This document shows, piece after piece, positions 1 to 11,759 of a stretch of 64,000 nt of DNA. The translations under genes were made by a program, and so were the position numbers. Source of the stretch: Octopus sinensis (lineage: Eukaryota); the NCBI RefSeq assembly GCF_006345805.1, contig NC_043010.1, positions 11,780,001-11,844,000 on the forward strand. Direction: 5' to 3'. Below the pieces are notes generated by a model. The model was not told the DNA's origin. It worked only from the letters and a program-made list of their open reading frames with translations, and ran no database searches. Position 1 is the first letter of the stretch, and each line of letters opens with the position of its first letter.

Positions 1-201
1 ATACAATTTTACTGAACCTTCAGTTTTTTTTATGCTAGACCACTGGTGTGAAATCGATGTTAATTAAATTAATATCTAATTTCTCACCCTCTTTTGAAAT
101 TTAAAATTATATATATATATATATATACAGTATATGAATATATATATATATATACACAGTATATGAATATGCATGTGTGTGTATATATATATATATATAT
201 A

Positions 202-235
<34 letters not shown>

Positions 236-290
236 CATACATACATACATATATATATATATATATGTATATATATGTATATATATATAT

Positions 291-572
291 ATATTAGAAG
301 AAATGAGGTAATCAGAAGATCGGATGGTTAATATTTACAGATATTTATTTATATATTACATTTTTTACATATATATCTCATATCACTTAGATCATTAGCG
401 CTTTCTCCCATTCTAGATGGGTTTTCAAATCGATTTGAAAACCCATCTAGAATGGGAGAAAGCGCTAATGATCTAAGTGATATGAGATATATATGTAAAA
501 AATGTAATATATAAATAAATATCTGTAAATATTAATCATCCGATCTTCTGATTACCTCATTTCTTCTAATAT
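291..572. repeat. Near-perfect foldback palindrome, ~141-bp arms, no spacer
   Basis: Centre AAATC|GATTT at 431/432; arms ATATTAGAAGAAATGAGG... and ...CCTCATTTCTTCTAATAT; one mismatch seen. Confidence 0.95.
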
Positions 573-927
573 ATAATACCTGTACATCATCTCCAAAACT
601 TCCAATATATATATATATATATATTTATTAAGTAGGGGGCTCTGAAAGGGGTCTTAGGGAGTAGCATCCCTGCCTTCCAGAGCTAGTTTTCCTCCACATT
701 TCTATGGTCTTGAGACCACTCATGTCTGAGTTTGGGGGTAAGCAACAGTATACTCCCTGCAGAAAATCCAGCTCCAAAAAAGATTCATGATAGTGAAGGA
801 GAATGGGCACCAGCCAGTCCAAAGGTTGGGGTGGGCTGCACCTGCCTACATTGGTTACTATGTCATTGAGGTAGATCCAGCCACCCCCATTAAACCAGAT
901 TTAAAACACTGGATGATGATGATATGA

Positions 928-973
<46 letters not shown>

Positions 974-1006
974 TATGAATATATATATTATATATATATA
1001 TATATA

Positions 1007-1410
1007 GGTGCAGGAGTGGCTGTGTGGTAAGTAGCTTGCTAACCAACCACATGGTTCCGGTTCAGTCCCATTGCGTGGTATCTTGGGCAAGTGTCTTCTG
1101 CTATAGCCCCGGGCCAACCAATGCCTTGTGAGTGAATTTGGTAGACGGAAACTGAAAGAAACCTGTCGTATATATGTATATATATATGTGTATGTGTGTG
1201 TGTTTCTGTGTCTGTGTTTGTCCCCCTTGCATTGCTTGACAACCGATGCTGGTGTGTTTACGTCCCCATCACTTAGCGGTTCGGCAAAAGAGACAGATAG
1301 AATAAGTACTGGGCTTACAAAGAATAAGTCCCGGGGTCGATTTGCTCAACTAAAGGTGGTGCTCCAGCATGGCCGCAGTCAAATGACTGAAACAAGTAAA
1401 AAAGATAAAA
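1007..1410 (+). mobile_element. SINE family A (tRNA-derived head, internal TA/TG microsatellite)
   Basis: Head with A-box TGGCTGTGTGG and B-box GGTTCAGTCCC; tail ACTGAAACAAGTAAAA; >15 homologous copies in window. Confidence 0.9.
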
Positions 1411-1489
1411 TATATGCATATAAATCTTTAAATCTTTAAATTGTTTCAGCTTTATAGCTGCAGTCATGCTGGGGCACCACCGTTGACTG

Positions 1490-1845
1490 TGCTACACCAT
1501 TATTTGAAACCTCCTATAATATGTGGCATTTGGTGAATGAGGGAGTTTGACGGTGCAGTCCTCATCTGTGTTTCCTCCTGTGAGGTGGGCTCATCTGGAA
1601 CCATTGACAGGAGGAGATCCAGTGTTGTTTTCAAGACACCTACATCCACACCATGCAGGTCTCTCAGGCATTTTGCAAGGATATTGAATAGCTAGTCCTG
1701 TATTTTTATGGAGATGGTGGGATCTTTAGTACTATGGACTGGCACCCCATTCTGCTGTTTGTGAAACTTTCAATGCCAAAGTTTGGTACAAGGCCTTCCA
1801 GGATTTTCCAGAAGCATATCACTGCATATCATTCCCATCTTCATT
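1490..1845 (-). mobile_element. CR1-group LINE, 3' end of RT ORF (decayed)
   Basis: Manual translation E*RWE*YAVICFWKILEGLVPNFGIES...FNILAKCLRDLHGVDVGVLKTTLDLLLSMVPDEP fits the CR1-group C-terminal pattern; stop codons present. Confidence 0.75.
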
Positions 1846-2010
1846 CTAGTATATATGTGTGTGTGTGTGTGTGTGTAAAGGTAATATGTGACAATTATTC
1901 GGTAGCCAAGATAAAATATTTACATAACATCGAGGTCTCTTTCTTTCTTTTGTTATCTTACCGTTTTTATCCATATATATATATATACACACACAGATAG
2001 ATAGATAGAT

Positions 2011-2072
<62 letters not shown>

Positions 2073-2138
2073 ATATATACATACATACATATATATATGA
2101 ATATATATACATATATATAAATGTATATATATACATAT

Positions 2139-2171
<33 letters not shown>

Positions 2172-2189
2172 ATATACATACATATATAC

Positions 2190-2252
<63 letters not shown>

Positions 2253-2257
2253 ATTTA

Positions 2258-2440
2258 TATTATATTGAGGGTACTACTATTCATAGATACCACACGCTAA
2301 AGAGGGACCAATGCGGTCAAAACTACTAAAATAAACAAAATTTTACCGAATGCAAAACTTCAAAGCAAATCATTTAAAAAAAGAATTTAGTTACATATCA
2401 GCGTGTGGTATCTACGAATAGTAGTACCCTCAATATAATA
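2258..2440. repeat. Inverted repeat (~40-bp arms) enclosing a hammerhead-like remnant
   Basis: TATATTGAGGGTACTACTATTC.TAGATACCACACGCT ... AGCGTGTGGTATCTACGAATAGTAGTACCCTCAATATA. Confidence 0.85.
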
Positions 2441-2557
2441 TGAATAAATATTTTCAAAGTGGAAAAATTTACGGATTTTTTCTCTTACGAGGTTTTACAC
2501 GCTAACTACTGATAATTTCTTTTAAAGATTTTATCCTCAATTGTTAAGTTAATATAT

Positions 2558-2600
<43 letters not shown>

Positions 2601-2793
2601 TATACATATCTGTAAATGTGTGTATATATATATATAATATATATATATATATATTATACACTTACATGTGTGTGTGAGTAGCTTGTGTGTGCATGTTTGT
2701 AAGCATATTATATATAGTTTTCCTTTGTCAGCTTGGTATGAGGATCGAACTGATTCATTTTATCTTTCTTATGATTCATCTGTCCTTGCTCAC

Positions 2794-2836
2794 CTCCACC
2801 ATCCTGAAGCTGGTGAAGGCAAGCTGTGCACAACTA
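2794..2836 (-). CDS. Candidate short exon of unidentified host gene
   Basis: Minus strand ttttttactcag|TAGTTGTGCACAG...GGTGGAG|gtgagc; open frames SCAQLAFTSFRMVE or VVHSLPSPASGWW; splice signals only. Confidence 0.25.
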
Positions 2837-3491
2837 CTGAGTAAAAAAACTTGTTTTATGATTGGGCCTAATTTCACAGCAAAACCAAATATATGCTTAT
2901 TAAGCACCGTATGCATATTTATTTATTATTAATATCCTGAGATCATTTTAGTTCATTGCACTCTTTCCTAAAAATGTACTAAGCTAAGCTAAAAGAAGTC
3001 AATGTATAATTTACAGCATTAGTTAGTATGTGTTAGTATCTTTATTTATATATGTAGCTGAACGGTGTTAACAAAGGGGATTTTTAAGTGCTCAGCATGT
3101 GTTGTATTGACACAGCACACATTACAGGTTATATAAACACAAGTGCTTTGCTACGGATGGCATGATTGTTGGTTTCCTATATAAAGATAATCAATTAGAA
3201 GATTTCAGTTGAGTTTGTACAGGCAAGGGTATTATTTAGGAAAAAATGAAAATGAAAAATGGAAATATGATGTGTACCTGTGTAAATCTATAAAAATGTG
3301 TATGTCTATGTGTGCATGTGTGTTGTGTAAGTATAAGCACTGACAGGGATGTGTGGTTGAGAAGTTTGTTTCTGAACTATGTGACTATCAGTTCAAGCCC
3401 ATGGCATGCCACTTTGGGCAAAAGTCTTCTGCTATAGTTCTAAGCCAGCCAATGCCTTGAGAAAGCATACACACACACATCCAAACACACA

Positions 3492-3536
<45 letters not shown>

Positions 3537-3653
3537 GTATATTTATCACTTTCCAGACATTTGTACATTACTGCATATGTTTTATACGCACTTTTGACAA
3601 GTTGTGGTGCACCTGAGCACTGTATACAACAATTTCATTATTATATATATATA

Positions 3654-3846
3654 TATACAACTTACAAATAAGGGCAAAGGAAAACATTTCTAATGCCAAA
3701 TATACCGAAAAATTGGACATATTGTCCATTACTATATAATTTTTCATAATATGAAAAATTATATGGTAATGGACAATATGTCCAATTTTTCGGCATATTT
3801 GGCATTAGAAATTTTTTCGTTTGCCCTTATTTATAAGTTGTTTATA
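3654..3846. repeat. Foldback palindrome, ~94-bp arms, 3-nt loop
   Basis: TACAACTTACAAATAAGGGCAAA...TTTTCAT-AAT-ATGAAAA...TTTGCCCTTATTTATAAGTTGT. Confidence 0.9.
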
Positions 3847-3924
3847 ATTTTAACCTTTAAAGGTATTTTTTCATATGCTGGCCATTGATAAAATTTTTTT
3901 TTTTTTAATTTTATCCTACATTAA

Positions 3925-3963
<39 letters not shown>

Positions 3964-5548
3964 TACACATATATATGTATATAAATAGATAGATAGATAG
4001 ATATACAGACACACCTGTGTGAATGCTTACAATTTATGCTGAAATTAAATGTTACCATTTGTAACTGGGCTATTACAGAATAAGCATCTGGCTGTAAAAC
4101 CTTTTTTCATATAGCTTCTTCTTTTGGACCATGCTAATACAGAAAATCAGTAGAGATAGAGAATGAATTGTAATTTGGTATGTAATATTGATTGCAAATT
4201 TTGGCACAAGGCCAGCAATTTTAAGGGAGGGGCAAGTCAATTACATTGACTCCAGGGTTCAGCTGGTACTTATTTTATTGCCTCTGAGAGGATGAAAGGC
4301 AAAGCTGACCTCAGCAGAATTTGAACTCAGAATGTAAATATGAACGAAACGTCACTAAGGATTTTGTCCAGTGTGCTAACAGTTCTTCCAGTTTGCCGCC
4401 TTAGTTTGGTATGTGATATTAGTATATCAATTCCATCATCCAGCTCCAGGATGCTAGCCATTTTTATTATACTAATACTAATTCTAAGTAGATTTAGAAA
4501 CCAAACAGTGTGTGGAGTAAAAACTTGTTTTTGTCTTTGTATTTGCTTCATTTTTCTCTGAATTTCAACCAAAAGACCCATTTGTGAGTTGAGTGGAACA
4601 TGGACAGAAAAAGTGAAGTAGATCGATGGACAGACATCTTGACTTGTTCTTATCAAGTCTCAAAGTCCAAATGAACCATTTCAAAAGTTAGGATAATCGC
4701 AGGAGCAGTGGTCGGAAATTCCTTGTTAATCAGACTAATAGACAAGTTAACATTGGTAGACTTCTATTTCTGACATAACAAAAGGATTCATAACAATAGC
4801 CAGGTGCGGGAGAAAGAGCAGGTGGGAGTCCCCACTCAGGTGAGAATACTATAGGGCCAGTGTTTTGGGGTCTGCTACATAAGGCTGTAGATGCTTGGTG
4901 GCTGAAAGAAGACAAACTCAAGGGTTGCTCTCAGAAGATACTAAAGGCAAAATATACCTACAAAGGATCTGGCTTGATTCTGTTGGAATATTTCAAATAA
5001 TTTTACACTTTTAGTTTTAATATTTTGTTACCGATTTTTAATTTTTATTTTATTTTATTTATTTTTTTGTTTTGATATACAGAGATTCTTTAGAAGTTGT
5101 CAAACAAGTAACATCTCAATATATGCATTAATCTGCTCACGTGTTACCTAAGTCCTATTTTCTAAGAAGCCATAAGCCTCAATTTTTTTTTCAGCAAAAC
5201 AAATGTCTTAAGCAGAAACTGATAAGATTCGTTCTGTATCAAAAATATATATGAGATTTAAATACATAAACACGTAGACTTTAGTGTAGTGACTAGTTCA
5301 CAGACTTGTAAACGGTGTAGGTGTTTTATAGTAATCATAAGCTGTTGCTTCTTAGGAGTATGATAGAATTAAATAAATACTGATGACAGCTCACTGTCTA
5401 TAAACTAAGATAGGATAATAAAAATAAAAAAACTATGAAACTATTTCATTAAATCTGTTTCATTTGATGTAAGGAATTACAGTTCATTCATTTTATTTGA
5501 TATGAAGAGAATACGAGCATGTGTGAGTGCATCACATGCATACATACT

Positions 5549-5586
<38 letters not shown>

Positions 5587-5639
5587 GTAGAATAAGAAAT
5601 AGAAACAATGATAGTTGTCCCACTTTGGTAATTAGATGT

Positions 5640-5895
5640 TTCGTGCCGGTGGCACGTTAAAAGCACCAACCAATCGTGGCCGATGCCAGACTCCCCTGGC
5701 ACCTGTGCAGGTGGCACGTAAAAAGCACCCACTACACTCGCGGAGTGGTTGGCGTTAGGAAGGGCATCCAGCTGTAGAAACACTGCCAGATCAGACTGGA
5801 GCCTGGTGCAGCCCCTGGCTTCTCAGACCCCGGTCGAACCGCCCAACCCGTGCTAGCGCGGAAAACGGACGTTAAACGATGATGATGATGATGAT
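5640..5895 (+). mobile_element. SINE family C (subrepeated GTGGCACGTAAAAAGCACC body, (GAT)n tail)
   Basis: GGTTGGCGTTAGGAAGGGCATCCAGC core and (GAT)n tail; homologous to 17940, 34565, 55030, 61672. Confidence 0.85.
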
Positions 5896-6028
5896 GAAGT
5901 TATTAGATGTTTACAAAAAGTTTACCTGTTGTAAACACCTAATAACTTATAAACATCTAGTTATTAAAGTGGAAAAATTATCAGAAATATTCATTTTTCA
6001 AATATATGTATATATATATATATATATA

Positions 6029-7227
6029 CAGTGGGGAGGAAATAAATATTCGTACATGTCAAAATTCTTTATTTATTTAATTTCTAATGAACATAAATGG
6101 GATATACCAATACTATATTTGCATACACATGCATAAACTAAGAATATGCAAAAGAAACTAATAAATTATAGTAACTAATGAATTTATATACAATCATAAA
6201 TATTTAGGGGTGAAAATATTTTCGTACAGAACATAACTGATAATTCTGATATAATACTTTGTAGCATCATAACCATTATTCAGTTCCACTTCAACCAATC
6301 TCTTCTTGTAGTTCTTAATCAATGACTTGCATGTTTCTTTAGGAATTTTTTCACATTCTTCTTGACAAATTTTCTTCAAATCTGCAATGCACGTTGGGGC
6401 TCTTGAATGAATTGTAATTTTCAAATAACACCGCAAATTTTCAATGGGGTTCAAGTCAGACGACTGGCTTGGCCATTCTACTAATTTTATATTGTGATCG
6501 ACAATCCATTTTTTGGTAGACTTTGCCGTGTGCTTAGGGTCGTTACCCTGTTGTAAAACCCACCCTTCACAAAGCTGGAACTTTTCTACAGAGTCCCATA
6601 AATTATTGTTCAAAATATTTTGGTACATCTCTGCATTCATTCTACTATCTATCACATGTAAATTGCCAGTACCCTTTGCAGAGAAACACCCCCACACCAT
6701 GATGTTGCCACCTCCAAACTTTACGGTAGGAATTGCGTTTTTCCTCCAAACATGACTACGCAAATTTCGTCCAAACAATTCAATTTTCAACTCGTCTGTC
6801 CATAGAGCATTTTCCCAGAATGTATCAGATTTATCTTCATGTTCATAAACAAATTTTAAACGGGCATCTCTATGCCTTTTAGTCAACAGCGGAGTTTTTC
6901 TAGGAGAGCGTGACTTCCGTACATTCCTACAAACTTCATTGCTGATTGTTCGTGGTGTAACACTAATCCCTGAAGCTAACAAATCTTCTTGCAACTCCTT
7001 TCTGGTGATCATTGCGTTTTTTTTCCGATTCTTCGCTTAATTTTTATTAAAGATCTCGGAAAAATCTTGTGTGGTGCACCAGATCTTATTCTGTTTTCAA
7101 CAGTTTCCGATTCTTTATATCTTTGAATAAATGAAGATATGGTAGTAAATGGAATATAAGGGGTCTCTGATATTTTCCTGTAACTTTTACCTGCTTTCCA
7201 CTGTTTGCCATTATTAAGATTTTTCAA

Positions 7228-7228
<1 letters not shown>
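6029..7228 (-). mobile_element. Tc1 (DD34E-type) transposon, defective, one end missing
   Basis: ORFs 7009-7356 (HTH part) and 6194-7012 with WTDELKIELFG, VKFGGGNIMVWGCFS, QQGNDPKH, WPSQSSDLNPIENL; TIR TA|CAGTGGGGAGGAAATAAATATTCGTAC at 6029; frameshift; second catalytic D appears changed to G. Confidence 0.93.
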
Positions 7229-7282
<54 letters not shown>

Positions 7283-7301
7283 TATATATATGTATATATA
7301 T

Positions 7302-7372
7302 AACGGGAAGCTTTATGAAAATAGACAAAAGACGAAGGCAGGTGGGAAACAAACAAACAATTGTATTAGTAT
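7302..7372 (+). repeat. Short TA-flanked dispersed repeat (AACGGGAAGCTTTATGAAAATA...)
   Basis: Reverse complement of 21285-21362; related tail at 17350-17430. Confidence 0.7.
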
Positions 7373-7473
7373 GTATATATATATATATGTATATCTATAT
7401 ATATATGTATAGATATATATATACACACACATATATGTATTTATAGCATATATATAATATATATATATATATA

Positions 7474-7617
7474 TCATCATCATCATCATCATCATCATCG
7501 TTTAGCGTCCGTTTTCCATGCTAGCATGGGTTGGACGGTTCAACTGGGGTCTGTGAAGCCAGAAGGCTTCATCAGGCCCAGTCAAATCTGGCAGTGTTTC
7601 TACGGTTGGATGCCCTT
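7474..7617 (-). mobile_element. SINE family C, 3' fragment
   Basis: (CAT)n CGTTTAGCGTCCGTTTTCCATGCTAGCATGGG ... GGATGCCCT. Confidence 0.85.
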
Positions 7618-7963
7618 ATATATATATGGTACTCTAGCATGGCCACTATCAAATGACTGAAACAAACAAAAGGATAAAAGAATATATGAGGGAGAGTTAA
7701 AAATTATGCGCACTCTCGTGTTTACAATGTATTTACACAAAAGCAGGGGATAAACAAGTATATAATTTTTTTATACAGTCTTTTTTCCTTTTCAAAGCAC
7801 TTGGTCCAGCTGTCCACAAGCCTGCATATTCCCTCCAAGAAGAAGGTTTTCAGTTAGCCATTCAACCATTTATGCACCACTTCCTTCATATCTTCCCCTG
7901 TAGGAAATCAACAACTTTGTAAACCATTTTTGAGCGGTCCAAAGATGTGATAGTCGGAAGAGT

Positions 7964-8256
7964 GGAGGCACATGGCCTAGTGGTCGAGGGATTGTGGGTT
8001 CAAATCTCAGACCAGGCGATGTGTGTGTTTATGAGCGAAAACACCTAAGCTCCATGCAGCTCCGGCAGAAGGTAAAGGTGAACTTCTGCTGACTCTTTCG
8101 CCACAACTTTCTCTCACTCTTTCCTCCTGCCTCTTGCAGCTCACCTGCGACGGACCGGCGTCCCATCCAGGTGGGGAACCTATATGCCAAGGAAACCAAG
8201 AAAACAGCCCTTATGAGCCAGGCATGGCTCGAGAAGGAACAAACAACAAAAAAAAA
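7964..8256 (+). mobile_element. SINE family D variant with A-rich tail and 11-bp TSD
   Basis: Head GGAGGCACATGGCCTAGTGG...GGTTCAAATCTC; TSD ATAGTCGGAAG (7950-7960) / ATAGTCAGAAG (8257-8267). Confidence 0.88.
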
Positions 8257-8396
8257 ATAGTCAGAAGGGGTGAGATCTGGACTGTAGGCAGGGTGCTCCA
8301 GCACCTCAAAACCCAACTGGTTAATGGTTTCAACGGTCTGGGAAGCTGTGTGTGGGCGTACATTGTCATGCAACAATAAAACTTTCTTCAACAATA

Positions 8397-8814
8397 GGCG
8401 CAGGAGTGGCTGTGTGGTAAGTAGCTTGTTTACCAACCACATGGTTCCGGGTTCAGTCCCACTACGTGGCACCTAGAGCAAGTGTCCTCTGCTATAGCCT
8501 CGGGCCGACCAAAGCCTTGTGAGTGGATTTGGTAGACGGAAACTGAAAGAAGCCCATCGTATATATGTATATATATATATATATGCGTGTGTGTGTTTGT
8601 GTGTCTGTGTTTGTCCCCCTAGCATTGCTTGACAACCGATGCTGGTGTGCTTATGTCCCCGTTACTTAGCGGTTCGGCAAAAGAGACTGATAGAATAAGT
8701 ACTGGGCTTACAAAAAGAATAAGTCCCGGGGTCGAGTTACTTGATTAAAGGGGGTGCTCCAGCATGGCTGCAGTCAAATGACTGAAACAAGTAAAAGAGT
8801 AAAGAGTAAAAGAG
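8397..8814 (+). mobile_element. SINE family A, full length
   Basis: Complete head, TA tract and GAGTAAAA tail; sits inside mariner transposase. Confidence 0.92.
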
Positions 8815-9245
8815 AATATGTGCAATTTTGTGCAAATTTCTGGCCAGCAAAGCACTGTACCTTGCACTGTTGATCATACACCTGTTTGCTGGGTAGTCTT
8901 CCAGTATAGGCTCTTTTGAGCCTCAAAAAAGGGTTAGGATCACCTTTCTCACAAAAGATTGGGTCTTGAATTTTTTGGTTGCTGGTGAACCAGGATGTTT
9001 CTACTTTATACTATGTCCTTTGGATTCTGCCTCATAATGATGATGGATCCACGATTTATCTCCCAAGACTATTCTGTTCAAAAATTCCCTGTCCTCATTG
9101 TCGCAGCAATTGAGTAAACGTTAGCAGATCTCAAGACATTTGCACTTGTGCTCTGCAGTAAGCTCTCTTGGCACCCATCATACACAGACTAATCTGCAGA
9201 GAATAAGCTACCTCATCATCATTAACTTGCCAGTTCACCATTACT

Positions 9246-9637
9246 GAAATATGAGGGTGACAAAATGTTTGAACTCTTAAATATATTAATTTGTCACAGT
9301 TAGAGAACCAAGAAAGTGCCTCAAGACTGGATTGATGCCATTTTAGTCTCCTTGTATAAATTGAGGCCAAAAGATCTGTGTGGTCATTTTTGTGGGATTT
9401 CACTTTTGTCTGTGGTAGGAAAGGTACTTGCCTGCATTTTGTTAGAACGTTTAAATACCTTTATAGTTCCATATATAGTATCTGAGTCTCAGTGTGGGTT
9501 TCGTTCCTCCAGGGGCACAGCTGATTGTATCTTTACTGTCAGACAATTACAAGAAAAATGCATTGAACAGAATCTTGCTCTATACCATTGCTTTGTTGAT
9601 TTGAGTAAAGGATTTGATACTGTTAATCAAAATGCCT
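9246..9637 (+). mobile_element. RTE-clade LINE RT fragment
   Basis: ORF 9316-9642 PQDWIDAILVSLYK...GISLLSVVGKVLA...ESQCGFRSSRGTADCIF...FVDLSKGFDTV. Confidence 0.92.
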
Positions 9638-10162
9638 CTTGAGCTTTCTGAATCTTCTCATCAGGAAGCTCCCTCTTCATACATGCATGCGCACACACAC
9701 ACACACACACACGTGCGCGCATGCGCACATATAAACATGCAGACATATTTATGTATGAATTTATGTATAATCATTTGAAGCTAATGTATAATTCTTTAGT
9801 ATTCAGTGTTTGCAATGTATTACCTTTTAGGAAGTATATACAGAGGAGAATTACATATAGACCGGTGCTACAGAATACAAATGGTCGATGTGCTATGTGA
9901 GTGGGGGTAAGGAATTGTTACATGGCCTGTATTTTGTACTCTTCAGCAGGGATTTGTTTATATGCCTACATATTGACAGAGTATTGACTTTTTACATTTA
10001 AAACCTTGAAGCATTGCATTATGTTATACTTCTCAGAAAGACATAGGATGCATTCACTGTTTCTTGGGATTAGAGGATCACAATGCAGCTTCATCGATGT
10101 TCTAGGTAAGCTGAGGTAAAGCAAAAGTTATGTATTGCGTTTCCATTATTATTTGTTTCTAG

Positions 10163-10365
10163 AAGGCAGCAAGCTGGCAGAACTGTTAGCACATCAGGTA
10201 AAACGTTTAGTAGTAACATTTCATTCATCTTTACATTCTGAGTTCAAATTCCACCAAGGTCGACTTTGCCTTTCATCCTTTTGCAATCGATAAAATAAGT
10301 ACCAGTTGAGTACTGGGGGTCAATGTAATTAACTAGCTTGTGCCCACAAAATTTCAGGCTTTGTG
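10163..10365 (+). mobile_element. SINE family B (degenerate)
   Basis: GCAAGCTGGCAGAA..GTTAGC head; GTCGACTTTGCCTTTCATCCTT central block. Confidence 0.8.
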
Positions 10366-10645
10366 TCTATAACAGAAAAGATCCTTATTTATTTCTATAT
10401 TCATACATACCCAGAATGTATGAATAAAGAAATTATTATATATTCTCAGTATAATGAATACAGAATTATACATTCTCAGTATTATGTATACAGTTTTAAA
10501 GATTTACAATTTATGACAGAAAAAATACAACAGGCCTCCTTATGGGATACAAACCATATACATATTACTTGCTAGGTTACCATACAATAAAATGCAGTGC
10601 AAATTAATACTTCTGATATATTGTATTCTTACTTTTTTTTTTTTT

Positions 10646-11038
10646 ACTCTTTTTACTTGTTTCAGTCATTTGACTGTGGCCATGCTGGAGCACCGCCTTT
10701 AGTCGAGCAAATTGACCCCGGGACTTATTCTTTGTAAGCCCAGTACTTATTCTATCGGTCTCTTTTGCCGAACAGCTAAGTAACGGGGACGTAAACACAC
10801 CAGCATCGGCTGTCAAGCAATGCTAGGGGGACAAACACAGACACACAAACACATATATACATATATACATATATACGACGGGCTTCTTTCAGTTTCTGTC
10901 TACCAAATCCACTCACAAGGCATTGGTCAGCCCGGGGCTATAGGAGAAGACGCTTGCCCAAGATGCCACGCAGTGGGACTGAACCCGGAACCATGTGGTT
11001 GGTTAGCAAGCTACTTACCACACAGCCACTCCTGCGCC
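10646..11038 (-). mobile_element. SINE family A, full length
   Basis: Reverse complement of 8397-8814 type. Confidence 0.92.
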
Positions 11039-11356
11039 TATTATTAATATCTAGCTAATTAATACATGATTTTTTCATATTTGTTGGTTAATTTGTAGCC
11101 ATAAATATTGAAGAGAGTGTGATATTTTGATAAACTAGACAATTGAAAGATGACTTGTCTACTCAGAGCTGAGTGGCTGAGAAATTTTCTATGAAAAAGG
11201 TGAGATACCTGTAAAAACTAAAGTACTAGTTTATCCCACTAACATTTATAATAATTAAGTGACAGGTACTCAGTAGTGTAACTGGAAGAACAGTTGCTCA
11301 GCAATCGATATATATGTCATCTGAGGCTGATCAAGCCAGGTCTGTTGTTTACTCAC

Positions 11357-11418
11357 TGCTTCAAATTTGGACTTGCAAAGCCATATATGATTAATAATAA
11401 AATTGAAGAGAGCTGTGT
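11357..11418 (-). CDS. Candidate short exon of unidentified host gene
   Basis: Minus strand agtttatcag|ACACAGCTC...TTTGAAGCA|gtgagt; open frame TALFNFIINHIWLCKSKFEA, phase 1 to 0. Confidence 0.3.
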
Positions 11419-11474
11419 CTGATAAACTAATTGTACATACATATGTATGTATATTATGTATACATATATATATA

Positions 11475-11521
<47 letters not shown>

Positions 11522-11726
11522 AAGATAAACATAAACTACCTATCCATCTATCATTATATATATATGTATGTATATGTATATATATATGAATATATGTATG
11601 TATGTATATGTATATGTGTATATATATATAATATATATATATATACATATATATATTATATATAATATATATACATATATATATATTATATATAATATAT
11701 ATACACACACACAGACTTGCATAAAT

Positions 11727-11759
<33 letters not shown>

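Larger units (their letters stand above)
7687..9245 (-). mobile_element. Mariner transposon remnant interrupted by two SINEs
   Basis: Minus-strand pieces RIVLGDKSWIHHHYEAESK (near 9050), [12 protein letters not shown]...[15 protein letters not shown] (8260-8395), HIFGPLK...KW (7800-7955); TIR-like TATGAGGGAGAGTTAAAAATT at ~7686. Confidence 0.88.

Noticed and set aside
4560-4990. Moderately GC-rich unique stretch with small ORFs
   Set aside because: No frame stays open between plausible splice sites and no recognisable motif.
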